64,000 nt of DNA from a plasmid, in sequence record NZ_CP041325.1. One strand, given 5' to 3'. The translations under genes and the position numbers were made by a program. Each line of letters starts with the position of its first letter. Position 1 is the stretch's first letter. The notes beneath the pieces were generated by a model, which was not told the DNA's origin, did not search any database, and saw only the letters and a list, made by a program, of their open reading frames with translations. This document shows positions 1-10,740 of this stretch, in pieces.

Positions 1-1676
1 ACGCTTTCTGCAGCTTCATCGGGTGAAGGCCGCTGACAAATAGGTAACAGTCGTTTCGGGAAATGCTGGCCAAGTCCCCTTCTGGAATCAAGGAACGTTT
101 GACATATTGTTCCGACTGACTCCGGCTGGCGCTTGATTTGCCGCTCATGAAGCCGCCGCTTTGGCTTGAAGAGCCGGTCTGGATTTTCGCGGTGGTTTCC
201 CCGGCAAGCTGCGAGAAGTACTTGATGGTTTCCATGTCTTTGCTTCGCAGGTACAACAACGTATCATGGTTGGACAAAATCGAGCGGGCCATTTCTTTTC
301 CGTAAATGGATTCAATCTGGCCATTGTCCTGCACAATGGTATTCATCGATAAGCCAAGTCCCCGGCAGGTAGCAAGGACCCTTCCGTACTTCTCGATTTT
401 TCCGATGTTCGCAAATTCATCCAACAAGAAGATGGTCGGGATTTTTAGTTTCCCTTTGTTTTCATCCGCCATCCTATAGAACTGGGAAATCAACTGATCA
501 AAGAACACCGAAGTCAACGCAGTGAAGGGATTCTCGTCCATCGGCAGCTTCACATATAGTATGCTTTTCTGCTTCTGGAATTCCCGGAAATTGAAATCGC
601 TTTTACGCGTCATGTCGCTGATTTTCTTCAACGTAAAAATGCTGACCTGTGAAGCGAAGGATGATGTAACACTCGCTCTCGTGTTGCCGCCAAGCGTCGT
701 CAATCCTTTCAGCAGTTCGTAAGCTGGATGCCCTTTTCCGAGCTCCTCATCCACCCATTCTCGGAAGGTTTCTTCATCAGGTGCCACCTTTTCATTAAAG
801 ACATCCAACACATCCTGCATGCTGGCACCCGGAATTTCCGTCTTGCAGTAAACGATCAAGCCGGCGAGCATCTTCTGTGCCCGTTCCATGAAGAAATCCT
901 CTTTCCCGTCTTTCGTCGAGTTCTTCGCAATGGTCACCGATACACTTTGGGCATCCTGATCATCGAATACATAATCAAGCAGGTTGTAGCCGTCTTGGTT
1001 GAAATTAATAAAGTCAATTTGAAAGACCTGATAGCCTTGCTCTCGCTTGATTGCGGCTGTCTGGTCGAAGAGTTCCCCCTTTGGATCGGTGACAATCAAC
1101 GTTTCCTCTTTGTTATTGAGCAGGTTTGGAATGACAAAGGACTGGCCTTTCCCACTACCACTGGATCCGACAATGTAGACGTTCCGGTTGTCGATTTCGG
1201 TTGACCGAGGAATGACAAGTACTTGTTTCTTTTCCGGTACACGGCCCACAATCAATCCGTTTTCCAAAGCACTTAAGGTCTTTTCCGGTTGAGAAGGATA
1301 AAACTTATTCTGCTTCGAAAAGTGTTTCGCATTGATTACTTCATGCGGTTGGGTGAAACGTGCCGACCCGTGAACACCGAAGTCATGCGCATCTTCGTAT
1401 CTTTCTTCAAATAATCGTATTTTTGATAGGAACCATCCGAGGAAGACAACACTCAGCACTCCGACCAACAGCTGCGTCTGACGGTCCGCTTGTTCCGTGA
1501 TAAAAGATAAGGTGCCGGATACATCCAGAAGGATGGCATTCAAGTCCCCTTTCTCGTTGATGAAACGTAGAAACCCCGTCAGCACATAGCCGACCAATAA
1601 AGAAAGGAGGACGGCAATGCCGATTTTTACTCCCGCCCCTTTTTGCAGTTTCTTTTTCGCCATGTTTGTTCACACC
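1..1676 (-). CDS. Type IV coupling protein (TraG/TraD/VirD4 family), partial; C-terminus runs past the window edge
   Basis: By-eye reverse-strand translation from an ATG near 1676 gives an N-terminal TM segment, Walker A 'VGSSGSGKGQSFVIPNLL' and Walker B-like 'IFLLDEFANIG'. Open frame to position 1, so it is missing from the ORF track. Confidence 0.65.
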
Positions 1677-1692
1677 TCTCTTTTTCGATTTT

Positions 1693-2908
1693 CTACAGCT
1701 CGATTTCCAGACCCAGGTGACGCCGCATTCGGGTATTCCGTCCTTTGCGGTTCAGCTTTGAAAGTTCCCCTGGATCTTTTTCATAACTGTTTGGATGTGC
1801 GGCCTGCCGGACCAAATTATCCAGTAATTCCGTACTTGCCTGGCCGCTCGGAAAATGTCCGGTTTGTTGCTGGTCGATAGTCAAGCGCTGATAGAATGAG
1901 CCGCTTTGCTGATTTCGATAATTTACAAAAGAAGCATGGCGTTTTCTCCTGTTCTTTCAAAGCGGCATGTAAACACACTTTGAAAGAAGGTTCTTTCTGG
2001 AAAGCCGCTTCTTTTGCGAAATGCTTTAATAAATCGGCTTTCATTTCAAGCGGCAGCGCCTCCGTTTTTTCGCAGCAAACGCTCTTTTGCATGAGGGAAT
2101 TTTTCCCGGGCAAGATCGTTCAACTGTTTATCGAAATGCATCGCTTTTTTCTTGATATCGCTCCACCAGCTTCTGCGCTGTATTGAGCTTCACCGATGTC
2201 TCATAAAGGGCGTCCAGGTCTTTGCCAACCTTCAGCAACTTTTTCTTTTTCATTTCCTAATTTGTTTCGGACGAGTGACTGAATCCGGATGCTGTCACTT
2301 ACCTTCTCCGCTTGGCTGCATACCTTTTTCAGTTCGTGCAGCTGCAATCGATGATTCATTTCATGAGACGGTGGAACCCGGTGCCATTCTCCGTTTTTCA
2401 TCGCTTCAAGGAGTTCCGCTTTGAAGTCGGCAGTCCGATCATTGTATCCATAGCGGTCTTCGATATCCGGATACAGTTCATTGAACGCATTGTGCACTAT
2501 TAAGCTCTGTACCCGGAAGCTTCGTTCCAAATGAGCGGTGACGGTTTTATTGGTTTGCTTTTTCTTTTTCCGCCGCTTCGGCAAGCTTTTCAAACGTCTC
2601 TAAACGTTCAGTAAAGACGGTTAAGAAACCTTTGACGGGAAATCCTTGGTCTTTCACAGTGGCAACGTTTCGGTTCTGGTAAGCGCTGTGAGTTGCGTTC
2701 AAAATGGCGTGCATGACGTCAGTTTTCACTTGCTTAGGTTCCAACGTGCGCTCTTCCCAGCGATAGAGTCCTTCCAGCTGTTTATGAACTGCCTGGAACG
2801 TCACATTCTCCTTTTAAGCGGCCCTCCATAAAGCGCATGCTCTTTTGATAATCCGTGTCCAGATGCTGAGTTACTTCCACAGAATGGCGATGAAGAATGG
2901 ACTGAACA
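1693..2908 (-). other. Relaxase C-terminal extension or small ORFs spread over at least 4 frames (unresolved)
   Basis: Overlapping minus-strand ORFs (2782..3333, 2547..2804, 2201..2593, 1817..2113, 1693..1884) fill the gap between the relaxase domain and the T4CP gene. Total span ~690 aa, the size of Nes-like relaxases. Confidence 0.35.
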
Positions 2909-3760
2909 TCAACTGATTTCTGCTTTTCCGTAAGGAAGGAAATCTTCTGATTGAGCTGTTTGATTTCGGCGTTGGTCTTCCGGATTTCCTGGTTCAATTG
3001 GTGGTAAAAGGTCTTCGCTTCCAGTCCTTTTTTTCTCCATTCGTTTGACATACTGGTATTCGTTTCGTTCCAATCGGACTTCCGGTATCCGGTCCAGCCC
3101 CTGCTCTTCAAAGGAAAGCGCAGAAACGGTTTTCTTGATGCCGTGTTCCTTAAAAGTCTGGTTGATGGCTTCGGCATAATCGAGCCGCCATTGGACGAGG
3201 GTTTCCCGTTCATTCCAATTTGTCGAAGAAACCGTTTGGAAAACTTTTTCACCAGTATCGTTTCGGAGGATCTCACCGTCTTGGTCGTATTCATATTGGC
3301 GGACTTTCTTGTTCCCCCAGCTGCCGTCTTCATTGAACGGACGGACAGTCAACAAAATATGCGCATGGGGATTATGTGCTTTGTCCCGGTGAATGGAGAC
3401 ATCCGCTACCATGCCGGCATCGACAAATTCATTTTGAACGAACCGCTGAACAAGTTTGTGCTGCTGATCCGCGGTCAATTCAATTGGCAAAGCGATAAGC
3501 ACTTCACGGGCCAACTGAGCATTCCAGGCTTTCTCTACCTTTTCCACTTCGTTCCACAGTTTTTCACGGTTGAGTGTCCATTCAGGTGCATGGTCAGGCT
3601 TGAGGATGAAAGAGACCGGAGCCACTTCCCTCTTCCGGAAGCTTTTCATCTCTTCGTCCCTCTCGGAATACAGCTCTTCTCCGCTCCGGTAACTGGCACT
3701 GGCCACAGCGGATTGATTTTTTTTGCTGATGATGTTGGCTTGCAGTCGGAAATAGCTCAC
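2909..3760 (-). CDS. MobA/MobL (MobQ) family relaxase, N-terminal relaxase domain
   Basis: 283-aa ORF with a catalytic Tyr region 'ASASYRSGE' and histidine triad 'NPHAHILLTVRPF'. The C-terminal coiled-coil continuation sits in another frame (2782..3333), so a frameshift lies near 3060. Confidence 0.85.
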   Translation of the reverse strand: MSYFRLQANIISKKNQSAVASASYRSGEELYSERDEEMKSFRKREVAPVSFILKPDHAPEWTLNREKLWNEVEKVEKAWNAQLAREVLIALPIELTADQQHKLVQRFVQNEFVDAGMVADVSIHRDKAHNPHAHILLTVRPFNEDGSWGNKKVRQYEYDQDGEILRNDTGEKVFQTVSSTNWNERETLVQWRLDYAEAINQTFKEHGIKKTVSALSFEEQGLDRIPEVRLERNEYQYVKRMEKKRTGSEDLLPPIEPGNPEDQRRNQTAQSEDFLPYGKAEIS

Positions 3761-3853
3761 GTTCTCTCACCTCTTTTTTTTCTTCTCTGTTTGCTTCTTC
3801 TGTTTTAAAACATCCGAAGGCGACAATAAAAGACCGGAGGTTCTTTTTCCCAG

Positions 3854-3871
3854 GCACCACGAAGTGGTGTA
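3854..3871. promoter_or_regulatory. Inverted repeat GGCACCAC-GAA-GTGGTGT upstream of the relaxase; candidate oriT or promoter element
   Basis: Perfect 7-bp arm palindrome in the AT-rich leader 5' of the relaxase gene. Confidence 0.3.
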
Positions 3872-3990
3872 TAACTGGGCACTCTCCCTTTGGGTTCGGA
3901 TTTATTATAGCATAATATTTCCTTTTTTCTCTAGATTTATTTTACTTATATGTTAAAATATTTATATATAAATAAAAAAGAGGTGAAAAC

Positions 3991-4224
3991 ATGGTAGACA
4001 ATATTGAAAAGATCACAAGCATTGAAGAACAGATCGAGAAGTTGAAAGAGAAACGAAAACTCCTCGAACAGCAAATGCAAAAGAACATTGGTGCAGAGGT
4101 ATTGAGATGTTGGAATGTGGAATCTGAACAGGATGCAATGGAGTGGATTCAAAGATTAGCGGCTCAAGTAAACGGAAAAGAAGAACTTGCTGAAGAGTGG
4201 AATGGCCATGAACAGCAATCGTGA
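3991..4224 (+). CDS. Hypothetical coiled-coil protein
   Basis: 77-aa ORF, divergent from the relaxase. Confidence 0.4.
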   Translation: MVDNIEKITSIEEQIEKLKEKRKLLEQQMQKNIGAEVLRCWNVESEQDAMEWIQRLAAQVNGKEELAEEWNGHEQQS

Positions 4225-4450
4225 TACCCTGGCCAAGTCGGAGGAACTGAAACAGCAAATCAGTGGCCTTCAGAAAAGAAAGAAGCAGCTTCAAAATGAA
4301 GCGAAACGACGGACCAGTTGGGAAGAGCGGAAAGCACGAACGAAACGGCTGATTGAGACAGGAGCCCTAGCGGAGAAATATTTTGGCATGGAGAAGTTCT
4401 CGTTGGAAGAAAGAGAAAAAAGTGTTCCAGACTTTTTCTGCTTTTATTAA
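4187..4450 (+). CDS. DUF3847-like coiled-coil protein (relaxase-associated)
   Basis: Motif 'RKARTKRLIETGALAEKYFG' resembles the DUF3847 signature of proteins that co-occur with MobA/MobL relaxases. Confidence 0.4.
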   Translation: MLKSGMAMNSNRDTLAKSEELKQQISGLQKRKKQLQNEAKRRTSWEERKARTKRLIETGALAEKYFGMEKFSLEEREKSVPDFFCFY

Positions 4451-4900
4451 AAAGTAAGTTGAGGTCCAAGGAGTAAGTGAGATATTAATTTAGGGTTAGT
4501 TGCATTGCGTATCAATATAATCAAAGAAAAAAGACTTAGAGCTATCTGCTCTAAGCCTTTTTCAGCTTGTTTAATGGCAATGAAGTAAGCGTAAATTATA
4601 CTTATGGCGAAGAAACTAACCATGCTGTTTTGCAAGCAATGAAAATTCGGTATTTAGGAGAGTAAAATTGAATAGGTACTAAAGTATAAATCAAAGGGAG
4701 TTTTAAATTATTAATATCATTGAAGACGTTCAGAATAAAATCGACCAACTTAAAAAAGATAAAGAAAAAATGTATGCTGGTGCTCAATTTGAGAATCAAT
4801 TAAACGGAAAAGTTAAGGGATTAGAGATTTTGGAACAGGAAATTGATAAAGTTCTTCAGCATAAAGAAAAATAATTTTTCGTTTATAAGGAGGAATTTCA

Positions 4901-5203
4901 TTGAAAGAAATACAATCTAATTTCATCGTAAAAGGCTATAAAAATGGAAATTGCTATTACATCGTAAAAACTGATGATGTTGCTTACAATGTTTATCAGC
5001 AAACCGATCCCGATGAAAATTTTACGGTGAAAGATTACAAATCTGTTCTACCAAGTCTTAAGTCATTACCAGATGAAGAAATGATCGTTTCTATGCCGAA
5101 AGAAGACTGCACAGCGTTTTTGATGCTTAATCACATAGATATACAAAAAATGAACTTGTTCCGAATTGGTTTGAAAGAAGAAGAAATTCTTGTAAATTCA
5201 TAA
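4901..5203 (+). CDS. Hypothetical protein
   Basis: 100-aa ORF with a TTG start and an AGGAGG RBS. Confidence 0.4.
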   Translation: MKEIQSNFIVKGYKNGNCYYIVKTDDVAYNVYQQTDPDENFTVKDYKSVLPSLKSLPDEEMIVSMPKEDCTAFLMLNHIDIQKMNLFRIGLKEEEILVNS

Positions 5204-5333
5204 ACATCAAAAGCTTTCCCAATAACGGGAAGATCTTTTTTATTGCAGTTAAAAGAAGAGATTCAACTCTTAAGCAAAATCTGAAAAAGAGTGATACCAA
5301 TAATCAGAAAGTTAAAGAAAAAGGAGACTCTCT

Positions 5334-5606
5334 ATGAAAAGTACAGGCATTGTAAGAAAGTTAGACCAACTAGGAAGAATCGTTATTCCGAAAGAACTTA
5401 GAAAAGTGTTAGATATAAATGAACGTGACCCTCTCGAAATATTCATTAATGAGGAATTAATCGTATTAAAGAAATACTACGTAAAAAACGCCTGCATCGT
5501 TACAGGAGAAATTTCAGATGAAAATAAAGAATACGCTCCTGGACTCATTTTAAGTCCTAGAGGTGCTGAAATGGTTCTTAATATGCTAATGCAAGAAACG
5601 AAGTAA
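5334..5606 (+). CDS. AbrB-family transition-state regulator homolog (SpoVT/AbrB domain)
   Basis: 'MKSTGIVRKLDQLGRIVIPKELRKVLDI...' is near-identical in pattern to the B. subtilis AbrB N-terminus. Confidence 0.85.
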   Translation: MKSTGIVRKLDQLGRIVIPKELRKVLDINERDPLEIFINEELIVLKKYYVKNACIVTGEISDENKEYAPGLILSPRGAEMVLNMLMQETK

Positions 5607-5992
5607 AAATATAAATCGTTGCGGCCCTATACCTTGTTGACGGTGTAGTTTTTTTTCTGTAATACTTTAAGTAATTTTCTATTTAAAAATAATAGACAAA
5701 AAGAAAATACACGCCATTAACGGCGAGCATCTTCTTTTATATTCGCTTCTAATTATTTTATTTTTTTTAAAAGGATTTGAGAAAATCTAATATTTTAAAT
5801 ACAGAGGTTCTTGATTAGCTTTAGAATTGTTTATTTTATTCTTTAAAACTGCCAATAAACTTATGATATGTAACCCTATATCCTTTTGAAATTCAAGCTT
5901 TAAAGCCTTATAGAACAACGTTTTGAATGTATCTTTTCTCTAATGAAACCATTACAGTATGATTTTCTGGTGAAATCAATGGAATCAAGGAA

Positions 5993-6028
5993 CTGAATGT
6001 AACTTAATTTAGATTAAGTTACATTCAA
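5993..6028. repeat. Palindromic repeat, copy 1 (half-site GAATGTAACTTA)
   Basis: CTGAATGTAACTTAAT-TTAG-ATTAAGTTACATTCA. One of three copies; the others are at 6661 and 7488. Confidence 0.7.
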
Positions 6029-6040
6029 ATTTTATGTGAA

Positions 6041-6620
6041 TCACTCTACAACCAGATGGAAACGCTCAGTCTCTTGCAGAAAGTCTTCCCTGGTAAGCTG
6101 TTGGCCTGAAATATTTTGCCGATAAGAAGTGATAGTCCCGTCATGCGTGACAATATAGATTTTCTTGCGTTGAAAGCTCCGGCAAAAATCAATGAAATCT
6201 TCGATCAGTAGGTTAAATTCATTATCAGGTAGAACATTAATGCCTGTTGACCATAACGAAGAAGCAAGATTTGGGACAGGAACAAAAGAAGGGAATTCAT
6301 CTTGAACTCTTTCTAAATCAAGCAATTCATCACATGGCAATGTTTTTGCAGCCAATCGTGTAGGGGAATATACGGGGCGCTGCCAATGGATGCACCACTT
6401 TATTGCACTCTATGTTTTCACTCCAGATCGAGGCGGTTTGGAGGGTTCTTAAAGTTGGACTAACAATTAAAATGTCTTCCCGAGTTAACGGAAGAGTGGA
6501 TTTTAAATTTTCCGCCTGCAGCCTCCCTTGTACGGTTAACGAAGGATGACCCAATTGCAAACTTTCCGGTAAATTCGTTGTATGTTCGCCTTGTCCATGA
6601 CGAATAAAAATCAATTCCAC
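6041..6620 (-). CDS. Histidine phosphatase family protein (phosphoglycerate mutase-like), frameshifted
   Basis: N-terminal 'MELIFIRHGQGEHT' RHG motif. Two overlapping frames (6330..6620 and 6041..6355). Confidence 0.6.
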
Positions 6621-6660
6621 TTTTCTTCCCCCCTAGTAACGACTCTTTTATTTAATTGAA

Positions 6661-6698
6661 ACTGAATGTAACTTAATTCACAATAAGTTACATTCAGT
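6661..6698. repeat. Palindromic repeat, copy 2 (half-site GAATGTAACTTA)
   Basis: ACTGAATGTAACTTA-ATTCACAA-TAAGTTACATTCAGT. Confidence 0.7.
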
Positions 6699-6709
6699 TA
6701 AAGATTTTT

Positions 6710-7438
6710 TCAAGTCAGATGTTGATTGCCATGAAAAATGTTTAGAATGAAATCTTTTTCCGGGACTGCTAGCCTTTCATAGCCTGCTAAAAAATCTTGA
6801 TTATTGTAACGCACTTCTTCCAATTCGACCTTGAGATCGTCAGTCGTTATCGAAATTGTGGCGTATCTCGCAAAGGGCTTGTCGTGACATCCAAGCGATC
6901 CGGGGTTTAAATATATTCTGCTTTCTGATGAAAAAAAGTGCACGGGATGATGATGGCCGAAGCTTATTAAATCAAATGGAGAATCCCTATAAATATCATG
7001 AAGTTTTTTGGCAGAAGGCTCAGTGTCAATGGCTATAAATTGCTTCTCGGCATCCAAATGATAATGGGTAAACAAGAGTTTCTTACCTTCGTACTCCACA
7101 ATTAATTCTTTCGGTAATTCGACGATGTAGGGAATAAATTTTTTATCTAGACGATTTGCTAGCCATTCATGATGAATTTTTTCCCCACCTTGGCTAACAC
7201 TTTCTTTCCCTTCTAAAATCGCTATGATTTCTTCTTCATGGTTTCCCATCACAAAAGATATATCATTTCTAGAAAAAAGAATTTCAAGAACTTCATTTGT
7301 TTCATAACCAATTCCAACCATATCCCCTATACAGTAAATATGATTTATTTCGGGATTTTGATCTATTTCATTCAATACCGCGAGCAAAGCAGCACTATTC
7401 CCATGTACATCTGTAATTACAGCGATTTTTGTACTCAT
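6710..7438 (-). CDS. Metallophosphoesterase (calcineurin-like)
   Basis: Motifs 'DVHGN', 'GDMVGIG', 'GNHE'. Confidence 0.8.
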   Translation of the reverse strand: MSTKIAVITDVHGNSAALLAVLNEIDQNPEINHIYCIGDMVGIGYETNEVLEILFSRNDISFVMGNHEEEIIAILEGKESVSQGGEKIHHEWLANRLDKKFIPYIVELPKELIVEYEGKKLLFTHYHLDAEKQFIAIDTEPSAKKLHDIYRDSPFDLISFGHHHPVHFFSSESRIYLNPGSLGCHDKPFARYATISITTDDLKVELEEVRYNNQDFLAGYERLAVPEKDFILNIFHGNQHLT

Positions 7439-7487
7439 GAAATCATCCTCCGTTTCCTTCCATTTCTTCTCAGAGTTTCATTGATTT

Positions 7488-7523
7488 TTGAATGTAACTT
7501 ATCTGCACATAAGTTACATTCAA
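7488..7523. repeat. Palindromic repeat, copy 3 (half-site GAATGTAACTTA)
   Basis: TTGAATGTAACTTAT-CTGCACA-TAAGTTACATTCAA, in the leader of the metallophosphoesterase gene. Confidence 0.7.
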
Positions 7524-7692
7524 ATCCTAGTCTTCGCCCCAAAACTTCTACTTGGAATTTACCGGCCCTTTTTTCAATTCGTCCAGGTCGGTTTGCAGCT
7601 GATGAAACATAGCCAATAGCTGTTTTTATCGTTCCTGGCTCTTTTCTTTTGTTCTTTTGAAGTCTTTTACTACTGCTCAGATAAATTAGAGC

Positions 7693-8094
7693 TTAGCAGG
7701 ATTTTATGGACTGTAGAGCACGAATAGCACTTGTTGCATGCTCTCCCCAATGCATTTTAAGACCGAATTTCCAGTGCCATACCGCTTCTAGTTCATGACC
7801 GTGCTCATATAAAATTAACCCTTTCTTAATCTCGCTGTATATATCTGTAATATCGTCCTCAAGACAACCTTTTACCGGTGTTGTATCGCAATAAGGATTG
7901 AATATCTCCAGGTATACGTTATAGCTTTTAAATTCTACTTTTGGCAGCGGAAACTTCAAATCGATTGAATGTTCTTCTTTAGGTTCTACTTCTGGTAGCT
8001 CTAGTGCTTTTGCGTATAGTTGAGAAAGGCTTTTTAAAAGTTTGCTCAAATTCTCCTTCTCTTCAAAAAGAAATGTGTGAATCGATAAAGTCAC
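7693..8094 (-). CDS. Hypothetical protein
   Basis: 133-aa ORF. Confidence 0.4.
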   Translation of the reverse strand: MTLSIHTFLFEEKENLSKLLKSLSQLYAKALELPEVEPKEEHSIDLKFPLPKVEFKSYNVYLEIFNPYCDTTPVKGCLEDDITDIYSEIKKGLILYEHGHELEAVWHWKFGLKMHWGEHATSAIRALQSIKSC

Positions 8095-8563
8095 AATAAG
8101 TCGTAGCAGTAGTTACAAATGCTCTCACTTCTTTACTTCGCATCCCCTACTCCCCTTTCTTTCAAAAAGACGGCAGTTCTTTTTTAATCGATATTTAATC
8201 TCCTATCACGAATACCTTTCTCATGTTTATTAATTCATTGTAAGAAATAATCCCCTACTGCTCCTTTTTTTAATTCAATGATGAGCCAATCTTCTACTGT
8301 ATTTAGCTGTAAAAGAGATAAATGTTCTTCCGCTTCCTCTTTGTTGTGAAACAACTTTTCCTCGTTTTCTTCCATCAAAACAACACCGTTGGAAGATCTA
8401 ATTATGTAACGCATACCTTCCCCCCTTTAGATTGTCTTATCTTAATGAATAAGTCTTAAAAGCAGTAATGGGCTTTAGGGTAATTATGTATTTGAATGAC
8501 AATCAAACTCTATAATCTTTAGCCCCTAAACTTGTAAACATGATTTAAAAACTATTTTACATT

Positions 8564-8620
8564 CGCATGCAAGTATGCGCATATACTAGCATGCATGCAT
8601 ACGCATATGCTTGCATGCGA
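8564..8620. repeat. Iteron-like alternating purine-pyrimidine block 1 (GCATGCATACGCATATGC...)
   Basis: (RY)n tract built from ATGCAAGCATGCACATATGC-like units. Five such blocks flank the parA operon. Confidence 0.7.
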
Positions 8621-8666
8621 AAAATAAAAAGTTTGCTGATTTAAATTATTGAAAAATACCCTATCA

Positions 8667-8709
8667 GAAGTAGAAATATCTACCTTACAAAGGTGGATAT
8701 TTCTACTTT
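8667..8709. repeat. Inverted repeat AGTAGAAATATC(N)GGATATTTCTACTT, copy 1
   Basis: ~14-bp arms. A second copy sits at 9346..9386. Each lies ~50-100 bp after an iteron block. Confidence 0.6.
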
Positions 8710-9232
8710 TCTTGAATTTGTTTGTAATAAGAAACAAGCAAAAGGAATTCAAACTTTATTAGCTTAAACCGAAAATTTATTTGAAGTAGGGTATGTAACG
8801 GTTATTTTGTATTTGAGATTTGTTTAATGGTTATTTCTTCTTCCACCGTCAATACAAAAAGTAATTGAACTTTCAACGACATTATCCTTTTGCTATAGAA
8901 AATGAAAATCCCAAATAAAGAAGATGAAGCACATTTAATAGCTATTACAAATGAATTTTTTTCTCCTTTAAATATAAGCAACTTTATTACTCGAGCTCAA
9001 CACTTACTGTTTATCTTTAAGATCACTTTAAACATATTCCCTTATATGTATTGGAATTCCTGCGTTACTATATTCCCTCCGCGATGTTTAGTATGAAAAT
9101 CAAAATCGCTTATTCTTTTTAACCTGCGAGTACAAATAATCAGCTGTAATGAAAAATTTTGCTATTGCAATTCCAATAAAACAGTAACTCTTGTCCTCCT
9201 CTCCTTTTAAAAGAGAAGACGAATCTTACTTT

Positions 9233-9298
9233 TTGTATACGTGTATACATGTATGCGTGCATGCACATATGCAAGCATGCACGTATGCGCGCATACGA
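9233..9298. repeat. Iteron-like block 2
   Basis: GTATACATGTATGCGTGCATGCACATATGCAAGCATGCACGTATGCGCGCATACG. Confidence 0.7.
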
Positions 9299-9345
9299 AT
9301 AAAGCAAAAATGATAGTATGTTCTAGAATACTCATCCAATAGCAT

Positions 9346-9386
9346 AAGTAGAAATATTCACCTTTGTGAGGTAGATATTTCTACTT
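9346..9386. repeat. Inverted repeat AAGTAGAAATAT(N)ATATTTCTACTT, copy 2
   Basis: See copy 1. Confidence 0.6.
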
Positions 9387-9547
9387 GCTGCAACTCTCAA
9401 CAGGATAAGTAACGTATATAAAATTCTGGATGATTCTTCAAAGATGTATAGAAGAGAAGACGCTGTTATAAACAGAAGTGAATACTTGGCTGGTTAACAA
9501 CTGCTACTGGCAGCTATACTTTAATCAATTGAAATTTTCACTAGTCA

Positions 9548-9608
9548 TATACAAGTATGCGCATATGCTAGCATGCGTGCATGCACGTATACATATATGC
9601 AAATATAC
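9548..9608. repeat. Iteron-like block 3
   Basis: Same unit family. Confidence 0.7.
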
Positions 9609-9878
9609 TACTAAACAATAGTATTTGAGAAAGGACAATCACCCTTTATATTAATGATATTAAAGATGCTAGCTTATTTAGGGGATGACTCATGTTTAAG
9701 TGCGTGGAATTTAAAGAATCGATAGAGTGGTTAACTCTTGAGGATTATGAATTTTAATTAAGTAAATAAATGCAATATAGTTGTATGAAAATTTCCTAAA
9801 ATTGTTTGAACAAAGTTTTCCACAATGATATACTTGCATATGTTAGCATAAAACATTTTATGACAATTAAAATACATA

Positions 9879-10730
9879 ATGAGATGGGGGAACAAGAAGA
9901 TGAAAAAGAACGACAGAGCGACCGTAGTGACGTTCGGTAATTTTAAAGGCGGCACAGGCAAGACGACCAACAGTACGATGATTGCATATGCTTTATCGGG
10001 TATGGGGTATAGAGTCTTACTGAGTGACCAAGACCCACAAGCGAATGCAACAAGCTTGTATCTGAAGACAAAGTCGGAAATCTCAGATGAAGTCGTAAGC
10101 TTCAATAAAACATTGATGACGGCCATCCAGGAAGAAAACCTCGAACAAATCGTTACGGAAATTAAAGAGAACTTGTATTTGCTTCCAAGCTTCAGCGATT
10201 TTGCTTTATATCCGAAATTATTAGAGAAGAAGTTCGTCAACGAAGTGGATCGTGTCCAATACTTTTCCAAATTGATTGAACCGTTAAAGGAAGATTTCGA
10301 TTTTATTTTCATCGATGTTCCTCCAACGATCTCAATTATCACGGATTCAGCACTATATGCTTCTGATTTTGTGGTGGTGGTTCTGCAAACGCAGGAACGG
10401 AGTCTACAAGGGGCAGAAGTATTTACTAAGTATCTCCAATCACTTATTGACGATTACAGTGCTGATTTAGACATTATCGGGATCCTCCCGGTATTGCTTA
10501 AGAACGGGGCAGCAGTTGATTTAGCAACTTTGGAAAATGCGAAAGAGATTTTCGGCGAAGAAAACATGTTTAATATCGTGGTAAAAAATATGGAGCGCTT
10601 GAAGCGTTTTGACATGACAGGCATCACAGATGATGACATGCATGATAGACGCGTGCATGAGAGCTATAAAGCAATTGCTGCGGAATTCATCTCAAGATTG
10701 AATGCTGAACTTGAAAGGGTGAGCCAGTAA
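9879..10730 (+). CDS. parA: ParA/Soj-type partition ATPase (type Ib, no N-terminal HTH)
   Basis: Deviant Walker A 'FGNFKGGTGKTT'. 283 aa. The true start is probably the internal Met at ~9900. Confidence 0.9.
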   Translation: MRWGNKKMKKNDRATVVTFGNFKGGTGKTTNSTMIAYALSGMGYRVLLSDQDPQANATSLYLKTKSEISDEVVSFNKTLMTAIQEENLEQIVTEIKENLYLLPSFSDFALYPKLLEKKFVNEVDRVQYFSKLIEPLKEDFDFIFIDVPPTISIITDSALYASDFVVVVLQTQERSLQGAEVFTKYLQSLIDDYSADLDIIGILPVLLKNGAAVDLATLENAKEIFGEENMFNIVVKNMERLKRFDMTGITDDDMHDRRVHESYKAIAAEFISRLNAELERVSQ

Positions 10731-10740
10731 ATGAGCAATC

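Noticed and set aside
728-1204. 158-aa plus-strand ORF
   Set aside because: Shadow ORF opposite the T4CP gene. Low-complexity product.
3143-3808. 221-aa plus-strand ORF
   Set aside because: Shadow ORF antisense to the relaxase. No motifs.
3594-3860. 88-aa minus-strand ORF upstream of the relaxase
   Set aside because: Overlaps the relaxase 5' end in another frame. R/E-rich low complexity. Probably spurious.
8100-9880. 1.8 kb AT-rich region: considered a CRISPR array or rRNA/tRNA locus
   Set aside because: The repeats are irregular RY tracts without unique spacers of constant length, so not CRISPR. No tRNA cloverleaf or rRNA-like conserved segments were recognised.
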